Assembly: GCA_951406725.2 (NCBI GenBank)
Contig: OX597822.1
Location: forward strand, 68,200,001 to 68,264,000
Source of the DNA: Octopus vulgaris
Lineage: Eukaryota
Length of the DNA stretch: 64,000 nt
Reading direction: 5' to 3'
The translations under genes and the position numbers were made by a program. This document shows positions 15,401 through 28,139 of the stretch, piece after piece. Under the pieces are notes generated by a model. The model was not told the DNA's origin and did not search any database. It worked only from the letters and a program-made list of their open reading frames with translations. The first letter of the stretch is position 1; every line of letters begins with the position of its first letter.

Positions 15401-16180
15401 GGGTGTACGCTATTTTATTTATCCCCCTAATTCTAAATTTCTATAATAATTTGTTCATATAACAACTCATATCTTGTATAAAGTATTTGGCAGTAAAGAT
15501 CCGACCCGACCACCACCACCAGGAGCGGATCCGACTCTCAATAGAGTATAAACATTGCGTAAAAGGACACGCTGAGTTTCTTATTTTTGTTGACGCTGTT
15601 GTTGATGCTGATGCTGACAGTGTTGTTGATGTTATGTAGCTCTGGGTCAGCTTTCATCAAGCACGTTGGAAGTCGGTTTAACTTGTAGGATACAATCCAC
15701 AAATTTATTACTTCATGCTTTCGCCAAGCTGAGGACCATATTGTAGACGCTGATGTATCATGAGTAGTTGTACTAACAGAAAGACCGCCCTCCGGGCGGT
15801 TTTCTGCTAGCCCCTTGATAATATTTTCACATTTAATTCCCAATTCTAATAATTTTTACATCTTACGTTTTATTATTTCTTTGTATAATAGTGCTCACTT
15901 GCTTAGTATATATTTTCATTGTTTTGTCACAGTCATAATCTCTCTTTTTTAAACAAACATCACGGTAGTCCAATAACGGAGGGGGAGCAGATTGTCAAGT
16001 TTTACCTTCCACTCAAAGCAACATAAAAAATTCATTTCAGCAGCCCATCTGGAAACTTTGCAGTGGGTGTATGTGAGAGAGAGAGCGGGGAAGAGAGAAC
16101 ATTGCAAACAATGAAAGAAATAAACATGAAATGAAAAAAATCGTATAAATAAAAGGCATAACTATAGATGTATACGCCCC

Positions 16181-17405
16181 CGACTTTGTTACCTCATAAC
16201 ATCCAGAAAAATGGATACTTTTTCACGAAATTTTCTACAAATACCGCTTATGTATTGTTGTTTCAATGTATATAGGAATTTATGGGAAAGAATTTTTCCG
16301 AGGGAGTGGAGAAAGGAGTTTTGCAAAATTCACACGATCCGACTTTTTCCCCCATCACTTTCAGGAAAATGGGTATCTTTTAATGAAAGCTTATACAAAT
16401 CCCTTTCAACTTGCATAGATTACGATTATAAAGAAATTTGTGGGGAAATTTTTTCCGAGGTGGTGGGGAGAGGAGTTTCAGTAAAACTTAGTTTTTGATC
16501 AGGAAGACCAAATAACTTAGAACTACTCTGTTTTGACGAGGATTTTCCCCATTTTTTAAACCACAACCTTCGAAATGATGGTGTTGTGGGGAGAGGGGTC
16601 TTTGTATGAAAAAATTTTGAAAACTTTTTTTACAACTCCCTCCTCTCTCATCATTTCACTCCGGAACTATTTGAAAGATTTTTTTTTTGCACTTCAAAAC
16701 CATGGGAGGAGTCTTTTCGGTAAAAAAAAAATTGTTAATATTTTCAGAGGGAAAAGTGAGTGATTTAAAGGAGATTTGGCTGTTGTTTCTAGCACATCCA
16801 AAGACAACCGTCCTCGTTTCTTTATCAGTCTCGTATATATTGATGTTTTTCAGTATTTTCCCCCATAAATACATTTATATGCTACAAAAAAGAAAATTTG
16901 AATGATTTTTTTTTTTGCAACCCTACTCCCAGCCCCCGATTGCTCCTGTTTCAAATATTGGAGAGCCTGAGAAAGTCGTTGCTGGCATTTATCTACAGTG
17001 ATTTTTAAAAAGAGTTACGTAAACGATGCTTCATTTTAATAGCATACTTTTCTGTTAGAAAATGTTCTTTCATACACACACATGGCTTCGCTTGATTGAG
17101 GTAAGGTAAACATTTCGATTACAATTTTTGTTTTTGTTGCCCATATTCCACCAATGGACCACACGTATGTTACTTCGGCATCATCATTCCATAGAATGTG
17201 TTTAATGGAAGAAAAATATTGAAAAAACATCAATAGATGTGAGAGTGAAAACGGAGGTTGGTTTGGGTTGTGCTAGAAACAACAGCGAAACCTCCCTTGA
17301 ATTGGTGACCTTTTCCTCTGAAAATATTTTCAATTTTTACCGAAAAGGTTCCTTCTATGGTTTTTAAGTTAAAAATGAAAATGGCCAGAATCGGTCCGGA
17401 TAGTT
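16181..17405. mobile_element. Old non-autonomous DNA-transposon-like remnant with tandem and inverted subrepeats
   Basis: Two diverged direct units of about 160 bp (16181-16339, 16340-16497) and diverged inverted arms at about 16691-16820 and 17247-17370. Confidence 0.55.
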
Positions 17406-18254
17406 ATTGTAAGGCTTATAGCGTTCCCAACAGCCATAAAAACAAAATCACTTCTTTTTTTTTTTACAGAAATTATTCCGGTATATTAAGAAATTTTCAT
17501 TCAATAAATAATGTTTTTGCATTACGTATATATTAATAGAATAAACTGCCGGTTTTCCAAACAGTGAATTAAAACTTGAAATGAAAACATTAAAATAGAG
17601 AGTGAGAGACTTTGCAAATGAAAATGGAATACCCCGAAGTGAATGCAGCAAATTTTTAAATTTGTGAAAAATTGAAGTTCAAAAATTCAATAAAGTTCAG
17701 AAATCGAAATTATAGGAAATTTCTTGGAACATGAATTTATAAAAAAGTTTCTGGACGGTCAAGCCTTTAATAAATTGCTTTCTTTTAGTACTTTTAGTAG
17801 CTGCTACATACCAGCTTTCTCCATTATAGTATGGAAGCAGCTTTCTCCATTATAGTATTGATGCAGTTCAATGTTAAAGCTTGGACGTGTACCGTCTCCC
17901 GTATCCGTTTGCATCTTTGATCATCAAATTCTCAGGGTGGACACAGAAGTAACAAACAAGGATCTGGACTCGATCTGAAAGCGACGTTATATTTAATACT
18001 TAATGGTGTGCATCCCAGCGTAGTCCTTGGAACTAAAGAGGCTACTGGTGTTGCAGCTATTTCTACTTATATGTGTGTTCTATGTCCGACTAGAATGAGC
18101 AAAAAAGATTGAGATTTTAGAAGGCGTTGGAATTGTTTTCAATGTCGCTCTTGTGGGTGTAGCTGGATGTTTGGTGGGGTAATTGAAGATTGCCGTGGAA
18201 ATAGGTTGTACTCTTCACATTTCTTTTTAAGTTGTGATATTTTTTCGTTACAAA

Positions 18255-18862
18255 AGCGCGTGGCTTAGTCGTTAGGGTATTCGACTCTCGATCGTAAGGT
18301 TGTGAGTTCGTATTCTCGGTAGCATGTTGTGACCTTCGGCGGAATGGCCAGGTTGCCAGCTTGCCTGATGGCAAGTGGGCCCTTGCGCCATTAGAATCCA
18401 TACAGGGGAGCCCATGTTAGTATCTAAGTGGCCCATCTCCTCAAGTTTGAGAAATTTTTATTCACTCCTGGAAGAATGCAATAATTATTTCAGCCTGGCT
18501 GTGTTTGCAGACAGTTGAAAAGAATACTTTTAACCAAAAAAAATTAAATGATAGCTTATTTGTTGCAGGTGGGCCCCCTTAGTTTCCTAGCAATCAATAT
18601 TTTGAGACCCAGTCCGCCACTAAGCAAAACACTTTATTTCATGTTGCTCTAGTTCACTCAACTGGCAAAAATGAGTTGTACCTGTAATTCAAAGGGTCAA
18701 CCTTGTCACACTTCTGTGTGTCGTACTGAATCTCCCTGACAACTACGTTAAGGGTACGCATGTCTGTGGAGTGCTCAGCCACTGGCATGTTAATTTCACG
18801 CGCAGACTGTATCGTTGATCGCATCAACTGGAACCCGCGTCGTCGTAACCGACGGAGTATCA
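18255..18862 (+). mobile_element. SINE family D head with module E tail, interrupted by a MITE
   Basis: A box TGGCTTAGTCG and B box GAGTTCGTATTC. The CORE-like GTGACCTT|AAGCAAAACACTTT is split by an insert. Tail ends CGTCGTAACCGACGGAGT. Confidence 0.85.
18337..18621. mobile_element. hAT-like MITE nested in the SINE
   Basis: Imperfect TIRs CGGCGGAATGG and CCAGTCCGCCACT; removing it restores SINE continuity. Confidence 0.65.
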
Positions 18863-19106
18863 GCTATTTTTCGTTGCATAAGTGATCTGCATGCGTGGCC
18901 TTTGTACAACCTGTGATGTATAATCCGCTCTTCTTTGTAGCTTGATTTATTGGGATTTTTGTGGGAGGCCAAACAGGAGTGATAATTGTGATTGGTCTCA
19001 AGCTTTACAGAACGTAATGTTTGTAATTTGTGCGTTAGTGCATAGATGAATGATAGAGTGGAAAACTTTTCTGATGTTGATAGTAGTTAGAATTTTGCAT
19101 ATACAG

Positions 19107-19677
19107 CAAGGATCCTCAAACATTTTCTTCCGTTGCACCCCTTCAAGCCCGGCTGTGTTGGTCTACCTCGTGTGAAAAATTCAGTGTAAAATAAGTGGAT
19201 ACGTTAAAACAGAAATAGGCAGGTATTTAGTATTAATTTAATTTAACCTGAAGAATTCACCCCCATCACATCATGGTTAACTTTGCTTTTCATTCATAAT
19301 TTATTATTCCCCTACTCTAAAAGTTTTCTGGTCTTTTTTTCCTATATAAGAAATCAATTTTATTTCACATTTTTTAATAAGCTGGATTAGATTGGCTTTT
19401 TCTAATAAGTAACTTAATTTTAAGCACATATTCAATTTTGGACACGCGCATATCATTCTCAATTCACATTCTTACACAGGATTTGTTTTGGTTATAAAAC
19501 ATTGCTGAAAACCCTTGTTCACAACAGCAAAAGGTTCTCCATGCTTTTTGAAGACACACGCATTTTTGCTTGGTTGTGATTAATTCAAAATTCTAGTGCC
19601 CTTACAAACTTCGCGTATCCCAACAATTTTTCTTCTGTACCCCCAAGAGTTACACATACACAGTTTGAGAACTCCTG
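19107..19677. mobile_element. hAT-like MITE, old
   Basis: TIRs CAAGGATCCTCAAAC and GTTTGAGAACTCCTG; TSD not recognisable. Confidence 0.6.
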
Positions 19678-19806
19678 GTCCAAGGGGTTTCTTTGTAGGA
19701 TCAGTCATTATTTGCAAGGGAGACTAGAAAATACTTTGTTGGTTAACAATAGTGATTTGAATGTATGTTATAGTTTAGAGAGTGGAGTAATAGATGGGTT
19801 GTGAAT

Positions 19807-20046
19807 GTGCCTGGCCTAGTGGTTAGGGTGATACACTCACCATCTCAAGATCGTGGTTTCGATTCCAGGTCCTGGAGATGTGTTCTTGAACAAAACACTT
19901 CATTTCACATTACACCAGTCCCATTCAGCTGTAAATTAGTAAATCTGCGATAAAATGGCCTCTCTTGTTCAGGGGGTAAATGCTGTGATCTCGGCCATTA
20001 ATACGTAGTGGAAACCGGGTAACCGGCCCTACGAACCCCAGGACTC
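19807..20046 (+). mobile_element. SINE family D, V-domain-like tail
   Basis: TGGCCTAGTGG and GTTTCGATTCC boxes; TTCTTGAACAAAACACTT; tail similar to 31195-31430 and 32216-32375. Confidence 0.75.
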
Positions 20047-20105
20047 AAAACAGTAATGTCCAGTGGCCGCTGCTGCTGTTGTTGTCGTTGATGATGATCA
20101 TGATG

Positions 20106-20136
<31 letters not shown>

Positions 20137-22061
20137 CGACGACGACGACGATGATGATGAAATTATGGGTTAGTAATGACAAGGATGATATTCGAAAACT
20201 TCTGGTATAGTCGAGTAAATTGCCTCTATTGAATGAAACTATTTTATCGACAGCGGAAGGATGAAAGGCGAAGTTTGAACTCACAACATCAAAGACCGTT
20301 ACTAAATAACGAAAGGTATTGTATCAGACGCTCCAATGGTTCTGCTGGTTCACTGCCCTAGAATTATCCAACATTGATTTCGAGCATATGTGAAAAGGCA
20401 ATGAATATGGTGGTGGGCTATAGCCGATGAAATCGACTCTAATACTTAGCTTCTACTTTATTACATCAACCCCGGAAGATGAATGGTATAGATGACTTCA
20501 GCAGGATTTGAACTCAGAATATAAGTTAATACCATTAGTTATTTTGTACGACATTTCTATCAATCCACCACTCTGAATTAGCTAATACCAATACTTTTAC
20601 AACAGAGGTTGTCACTAACGCAGTAACTCTAGGATTCACTGAAGTATAAAGTATGAATGATAGATTTATGACAGAATACTACGCCAGTCTATTGTAGACA
20701 ACATTGCTAAAATGTTTCGTAACTATTCGCTAGAATCTGCTGAAGCTGAAATGAGATACAGAAAATTATGTGCTCCGTTCGAGAACATAAATATAACTTG
20801 CTCTTGATTTGAACACAAGATCTACGAGTTGGTGAACCAGTATGTTAACCACTCAACCATTTCACCTCATAAATAGTGCCATCTAATATGTTTCAGTCCA
20901 ATCCAAGTGGACAACTGCGCTTATCTTTTGAACTGTGTTTCTCTGCAGTCAGTGAGTGGGAGAACGGAGAAAGTGATTTAACGCTTGGCTTTTAACAAAT
21001 ACGTTAACAATAGAAAGCATGGTGGTTTTACGTTCTGAGTTCAAATTCCACCGAGGTCGACTTTGCCTTTCACTCTTTCGGAGTCGATAAAATAAGTACC
21101 AGCTGAGTAATCGCTGACCTTGTGCCGACATTTAATATCAATATTTATCTTTATCTTTCACTGAGAGTGGATGTTGTGTTGGGAGACAAATCTTACCAGT
21201 TACTGATAAGAATATTTCTTATACTGCGAGGGATTGTTTTTTTTTCCCTATCTGTTTCTCTTTTCCATTTTCTTTTTAGTTGCACGAGTGTCCCTGGGTG
21301 GGAAGTTAATACAAGGGAGATGATAATTTCTTCTGGTATTTGGCAAGGCTTGATGTCTGAATTTGAAATTGAAGTATGCATAAATCACGCATGTTAGTTT
21401 ATTTTTTATTCTCTTATTTATTTGGGTGGAGGGCATATTTATTATGAAGGTCTTAGAATTTCTAGACAATGAAAATAACGTACAATACTATTTCGTTCTT
21501 TTTAGAAATCTTCAGAGTAAATACGTTAGTTTCATATACAGTTTATCACTGTTATATTATAAACAGTTGTTCTTTTATGTTTTGGTCAGCTGTCCTTTGA
21601 CATGTAAATAACTTTAAATATTGTTAGTTTATATTTATTTTGCCAGGAGCTGCAATTTGGACCCGTTGGTCTAATGAGTGGTTGCTTTTTGAACTTTGGA
21701 CTAGTAGTTCTTTTGCCATTTTCAAATTCAATTCCTTTGTGTTTTTCTTCTCTATATTACATATTTATTTTGCTAATTTATCAGCATTATCTATAGTAGA
21801 CATTGGGGTGATGGGTTAGCAGAATCGTCTGACCCACTTTTCCTAAAACTCCTGACTTCGTGCCAAAATGTGTAACCAATATTTATAGTAGATTCTGATA
21901 CTTTTCTTTTTACTTTTATTAATCGTATATTTTTACTTGTAGCAGATATTAATACCAGCGGGGCAGGTTTTGGCTGATTAAAGTTGTCGTTAGCTATGTA
22001 CTTATGAATTGTCTCAGAGATAGCTTTGATATAACTGCCTGTGTTATAAGCTTGTTAATAT

Positions 22062-22508
22062 TCTTTCTAATTTTAAGGCAGTGAGCTGGTAGAATCGTTA
22101 GCACGCCAGGTAAAATACTTAGCGTCACTTCGACCATCTTTGTTTCGAGTTCAAATCACGCCGAGGTCGTCTTTGCCTTTCATCCTTTCGAGTCGATAAA
22201 ATGAGCACCAGTTGAATACTAGGGTCAGTGTAATCGACTTAATCCCCTACCCCCGAACAAGCTGGCCTTGTGCCAAAATTTGAAGCCAATATTCATTCTA
22301 ATATTAGCATAAAGCCGGTAGTTTTGAGGGGAGGGGAAGTCGATTACATTAACACCAGTGTTCAACTAGTACTTTATTTTATCGACCCTGAGAGGATGAA
22401 AGGCAAAGTTGAGCTCGGCGTGATTTGAACTCAGAACGTTTAGAGCCAGAAGAAAAGCTGCAAAGCATTTTGTCCGCCGCGCTAGCAATTCTGCTAGCAC
22501 GCTGCCTT
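22062..22508. mobile_element. Two family B SINEs in opposite orientation, one nested in the tail of the other
   Basis: Plus copy about 22074-22290, minus copy about 22300-22508. The pair is flanked by the 18-bp direct repeat TTATAAGCTTGTTAATAT (22044-22061, 22508-22525). Confidence 0.85.
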
Positions 22509-23407
22509 TATAAGCTTGTTAATATGAGATTCTTGATAAGTTGACGTATATAAACATTATCGTTATGCGTGCGTATAAACACACGTAGAGACAGTCACAC
22601 TAACAAACAAACACGCATATACAGAAAGTAGGAATATAAAGGAGGAAGGAGAGACGTTGTGAGAAAGAGATGTGTATAAAAACAAAAAGATGGCAGAGAG
22701 AATGGATTGGTAAGTGAATGTGGTAAGGGTAATAACATACAAAGAACGTGCATTGGTGAGAGAGGGAGATAGAAAGAGAGAGAGGGGGGAGGAATATGGA
22801 GCGCTTGGAAGGAAATAGAAATGTAAGATGAGTTAAGCGTTTGAGTTATGAAAGAAGGGAAGAGGGAAAATTTATTAGTGAGAGAGGAGGGAGGAGGAGA
22901 TGTAATAGAAAAGGTGGGGGATAAAGGACAGGAAGTGATGAGACGAAAGAGACAGACAGAGAAAGAGAGAGAGAGATCTTGGATGTGAATACATTAAAAT
23001 AGAAAAAGAGACGATGGTTTTGTGTGTATGGGTGTGTATTCGGCGCATGCATGTGTGTATATGTGTGTGTGTATATATGTGTGTGTGTGTGTGTTGACTT
23101 GTGCTTATGTGGGTATATGCGTAAGTTTCCAGGAGTGCATGAGCACCCATGCGTGTGGTTTTGTTTGTGTTTGTGTGTGTATATGTGCGATTATAAAACT
23201 TTGTAAAAATTTGCGTGAACGTGAGTCCGGATGGTGTGTATGTTGTTTGTGTGTGTATGTGTGTGTGTGCGTGTATGTGTGTGTATGTGTGTGTGTGAAA
23301 GAAAGAGAGACAAATAGAGAGTGTAAGAGAAATATTTGTGTGTATTAATAGAAGAATGTATACGTATCGGTGTGTTATTGTGTATATGTGAGTTCTGTAA
23401 AACTGTG

Positions 23408-23490
<83 letters not shown>

Positions 23491-24035
23491 CACTAGAAGT
23501 TATTAAGATTTGTTCATTAAATTGCCATTCACTGCCGGACCCTTGGCCGCCATATTGCGTTTTATTCAAACGGAGATTGTCAAAGCGGTTTCCGTTGAAC
23601 AAAGCCTGTAATTGGGAAATCGTCCAATGCTTAATCAGGAAACACTAAACACCGTGTCACGTGACATGAACTTGCCGCTGACAACGTTCTGTGGTGATTG
23701 CATTAATTTCTTCTTTTCGTGAATGTGATTTCTGTAGTTGTTGCTGTTGTTGTTGTAGTTTTTGTTGTTGTTCTTCTTCTCTTCCTCCTCCTCCTTCTTC
23801 TTGCAGTTGTTTACCTCTAACTTAGCCCTGATCAAGTAGGCCTATATTTCAAAGACTTCCCAACTGTCTTCATTATGAGGAACTACATTATCAAATGTGT
23901 CCCCTTTAAAAAAAGCCATAATGTGATTTATAGAAGATTTGACTGCTATTTCTACCGTGGAACGAGTGGAAAGATTGTATAGTCGCTGTGCATAGTGACT
24001 GTTTGCGTGGAAGATCGACTTCAATTTTCCTTCAT

Positions 24036-24462
24036 AGGAGTGGTTGTGTGGTAAGTAGCTTGCTTACCAACCACATGGTTCCGGGTTCAGTCCCACTGCA
24101 TGGCACCTTGGGCAAGTGTCTTCTACTATAGCCACGGGCCGACCAAAGCCTTGTGAGTGGATTTGGTAGACGGAAACTGAAAAGAAGCCCGTCGTATATA
24201 TGTATATGTATATATATATGTATATGTGTGTTTGTGTGTCTGTGTTTGTCCCCACCTCCCAACATCGCTTGACAACCGATGCTGGTGTGTTTACGTCCCC
24301 GTAACTTAGCGGTTCGGCAAAAAGAGACCGATAGAATATATATTAGGCTTACAAAGAATAAGTCCTGGGGTCGATTTGTAAGACTAAAGGCGGTGCTTCA
24401 GCATGGCTGCAGCCAAATGACTGAAACAAGTAAAAGAGTAAAAGAGTAAAAGAGTAAAAGAG
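24036..24462 (+). mobile_element. SINE family A, full length
   Basis: Head AGGAGTGGTTGTGTGGTAAG, B box GGTTCAGTCCC, CORE-like ACCTTGGGCAAGTG, internal microsatellite, (GTAAAAGA)n tail. Confidence 0.92.
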
Positions 24463-25723
24463 TATTACCCATATTCATACGTCTGCATATGAACAATATT
24501 TTGCATTTTTGTCGAATACGTTGAAATGTTGTGTAGAGATGCTACAGTTTTGCATAAAGCTCAGGATGCGTTTAGCAAGTACATTTATATATAGGGCTGC
24601 TGTTTCAATCACGATCTTGTTCAACGATATTTAATTCTGTAATTCTTTAAACTGTTTCAGCTTTAAAGATGTGGTCATGCTGGAGCACCACCCTTTTGAT
24701 AATTCACAAATCTTTCGTTTTTCAATTAGAATAGAGAGATGAAATTGCATCTAACCTGGTCGGAATGCAGAATGGAGCATATACTGTGTGTATATGATTT
24801 TATACATATTTATTTTCTGTGAGTCCCATCGACCATTTGCAATTGTTATCTTTGCTCTATAAGTTCCTTCGTAAGGCCCATACCGTCGAGGGGACAGAGC
24901 GTGGTATTATTGTACTTCCATGCTGATGATTGAGTATTGCGTCATTCTTTGTATGACCTTAGTTGAGATTGGATATTTTGTATATAGTTTTATTTTGTCA
25001 CCTGTAACTAACATTATTATGTTTCTATTAAAGAACTTACAACACTTATGTCTCACGGAAAAATGTTTACTTCTCGCAGACAGGATGTTACTGATTGTAT
25101 TAGACTCTATGTTTTAAATATAGTGTAAGGTTAAACCAATTTCTTTACTCCTTCTACTAGGTTATGGAGCATTTTCCACATATTCTATTTTCTTTTATAT
25201 CTGTAACTGCTTCTTAATAATGCTTCATTGTATTAGGATGTAACTCGATTGGATATGTTCCTGTATGAGAACAGGTTGGATATTATCTCACACTGTCTAT
25301 CGAGCTTAGAGACCTTAGAGAATAAACTAAATATTAATTTGGATTTCTATAGGAGTAGGCTATACTTATAAAGTTTTATACAATATGTTTTATCTTGTTG
25401 AAAGGAGCGGCTCTTAGTAATGGGAAACGAGTCACGTAGGAGTAGGAAAATCTTTATAAGCAAGACAGCAATTTACAAAAGTCAGTCGAAATTCTGTGCC
25501 TTCTATAATAGCATATGCTTTGAATAATCCATTGTCTGCGTTGGCTCAGTTTAGCATAATTTTCTATTGTGGTAGTAGCGAGGAAGTATCAATCCTACTC
25601 AATGATGGTTCAGCTCCATAAGATTGATCTTCTTGGCAATATCTGAAATATTAACAATTGTTAGATCAGTGTTGATTGTTATGTTTAAGTATAAATCCTT
25701 AATTAGGCATGGCTGTGTGGAGA

Positions 25724-25883
25724 AGTGTTGGCATGGCTGTATGGTTAAGAAATGCGATTTGCAAACACGTGGTTCCGAGTTCAGTCCTGCTGCACGATAC
25801 CTTGAGCAAGTCTCTTCTGCAATTGCCGCGAGTACCAATGCCTTGTGAGTGAATCTGGTAGACGGAAACTGCGTTGAAGCCCG

Positions 25884-25972
<89 letters not shown>

Positions 25973-26170
25973 TGTGTGTGTGTTCTTCCAACACCGCTTG
26001 ACACCAAAGGTTGGTTTGTTTCCGTTTCCATAACATGGCGATCTGGCAACAAAGAATTCAATTAAAGAAATGCCAGACTTTAAAATAAGTACTGGTATTC
26101 ATTGCTTACCTAAACCCTTCGAAGCGGTGCTCTAGCATGGCCGTATTTTAATGATCAAAAGCAGTAAAAG
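25724..26170 (+). mobile_element. SINE family A, older copy with expanded (TG)n
   Basis: Colinear with 24036-24462. Confidence 0.85.
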
Positions 26171-26459
26171 ACAAAAAATACTTATAAAATTATTTCTAAA
26201 TTTGTCTATAGTGACGGACTGTCAGACCGTCGTTCCTATAAAGTCCTATGCGAGATGAGTTTATCAATTTCTTATGAATATCCGCACAGAACATATCACA
26301 GCATGAGATTTAATTGATTAGCTTCGGTTAGGTGGTAAAGCGTCCTTTAAAGACTAGAAACCCACCATTTTTCTTAAACATTAATGGTTATGGTTCCATT
26401 ATGTCGAATTGGATGAATATACAGTCTAGACTTTCCGTTAGTAAAGCACTTAACTACAG

Positions 26460-26535
26460 TCCATGGGCGTATGGTGTAGTGGTTAAGAGCGAAGGCTACT
26501 AACCCCAAGATTCCGAGTTCGATTCCAGGCAGTAA

Positions 26536-26570
<35 letters not shown>

Positions 26571-26752
26571 TCGAAAAATACCTTAGGAATGAGGGCCCAG
26601 GTTCGAAATTTCCCCCAAGACACCTAATGAAGGCTCGAGGGTATATCAGCCGAAACGTTGTGTTAACAACAAACAAGATGAGGACAAATTTCCGTCGAAT
26701 GTAAATAATGTAAATAATGTGCATAATTCCTCATCTCTTAAATATAGAACTG
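26460..26752 (+). mobile_element. tRNA-headed short element carrying a hammerhead motif and a 3' hairpin
   Basis: A box TGGTGTAGTGG (26472-26482), B box GAGTTCGATTCC (26515-26526), (AAT)n spacer, HHR motif, AGATGAGGA/TCCTCATCT stem. Candidate TSD TACAG (26455-26459, 26753-26757). 3' half matches 53355-53492. Confidence 0.8.
26619..26664 (+). ncRNA. Minimal hammerhead motif with AACGTT stem III; G5A in this copy
   Basis: GACAC-CTAATGA-a-GGCT...AGCC-GAAA-CGTT-GTGTT. Stem I GACAC/GTGTT, GUU site, stem III without a loop (formable only in a dimer). Confidence 0.65.
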
Positions 26753-27399
26753 TACAGCCTCGCTGTCTATTTCTTCAGAACTAATGCTGATGAATACAAT
26801 GAGGTACTGGAGAAAGTTATAGAGAAAGTGGAAAGTCATATGTGTTGTTGAAACACATAAAGCTCATATAACTCAAGGATGGATGCCGGGAAATCTTTAG
26901 GATTATATAGCACCAGACTAGTGGCCTCCGTGAAGCGTTGGTGAAAAGGAGACTAATCGACATCCTCGTATACAAGGTCACAAATGCATTAAGTCTGCTT
27001 CAAACCGGGAACAAATGCGTAAATATATACCTGAATAACATCTCATTCCACTGTTATATATTTACGATTACATATACATAGCGCATTATAGATATTACAT
27101 CATGAAGTAAAGCACTATTTTATGTGCGTGCGCCTGTCTGTAGGTATATATCGACGTATGTGTACATAGATGTTTGTGTGTGTGTGTGTGTGTGTGTATA
27201 GATACCTAAATACATTAACACTGACATATTTTTATAAAACAAAACTGCTAAATCTGCCAACAAACACTTTTTCGTTTTCCCTTCTTTCAGTTTCACTTTC
27301 ACTTCATCTGCTTCCTCTTGCTCTTTTTTTATACTCGTTCCTCTTCTTCTTTATCTTATTATTATCACCATTATTATTACCATTACTGTATTTTTATTT

Positions 27400-27461
27400 T
27401 TATTATCTTGTTTTTAGTATCATCAGCATCATCATTATGATTATTGTTATTATTATTATTA

Positions 27462-27513
<52 letters not shown>

Positions 27514-27601
27514 CATCATCATCATCATCATCATCGTCATCATCATTATTATTATTATCATCATTATTATTATCATTATCATTATTATTATTATCATTAT
27601 T

Positions 27602-27690
<89 letters not shown>

Positions 27691-27728
27691 CATCATCATC
27701 ATCATCATCATCGTCATCATCATTATTA

Positions 27729-27786
<58 letters not shown>

Positions 27787-27830
27787 CATCATCATCATCA
27801 TCGTTATTATTACCATTACTGCTGCTGCTG
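27400..27830. repeat. (ATT)n/(ATC)n compound microsatellite
   Basis: Directly visible. Confidence 0.97.
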
Positions 27831-28086
27831 CAGTTTATAAGTGGACAATAAATCATGTGACGGCAATCAAAGAAACCTCACGCCAAGTGAGAATTATGGT
27901 CAATGTGTACAGTTAAATGAGGTCCACATCATCCATCACTTAAACTTCGCTACTATTATGATGTGTAGGAGGCAGTTGCTCCCAACCTGCTCCTACATTT
28001 CCAATCGCTTTCTTCTCTATTTCTGTTCTATTTCTTTCTTTCTCTCTTTCTTCTTTCGCCTTCATTTCTACCGTTTGTACCACTCT

Positions 28087-28139
<53 letters not shown>

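Noticed and set aside
15777-15806. Rho-independent terminator
   Set aside because: No bacterial gene context; treated instead as a possible Helitron-type end.
17812-17865. 27-bp tandem duplication (similar 21-bp one at 53282-53320)
   Set aside because: Ordinary local slippage duplication.
21483-21520. Minus-strand CTGAAGA...GAAATAGTA
   Set aside because: Stem I does not pair; expected by chance in AT-rich DNA.
27170-27916. 248-aa poly-Ile ORF, and the many YI, HT and CV repeat ORFs
   Set aside because: Translations of microsatellites that lack stop codons.
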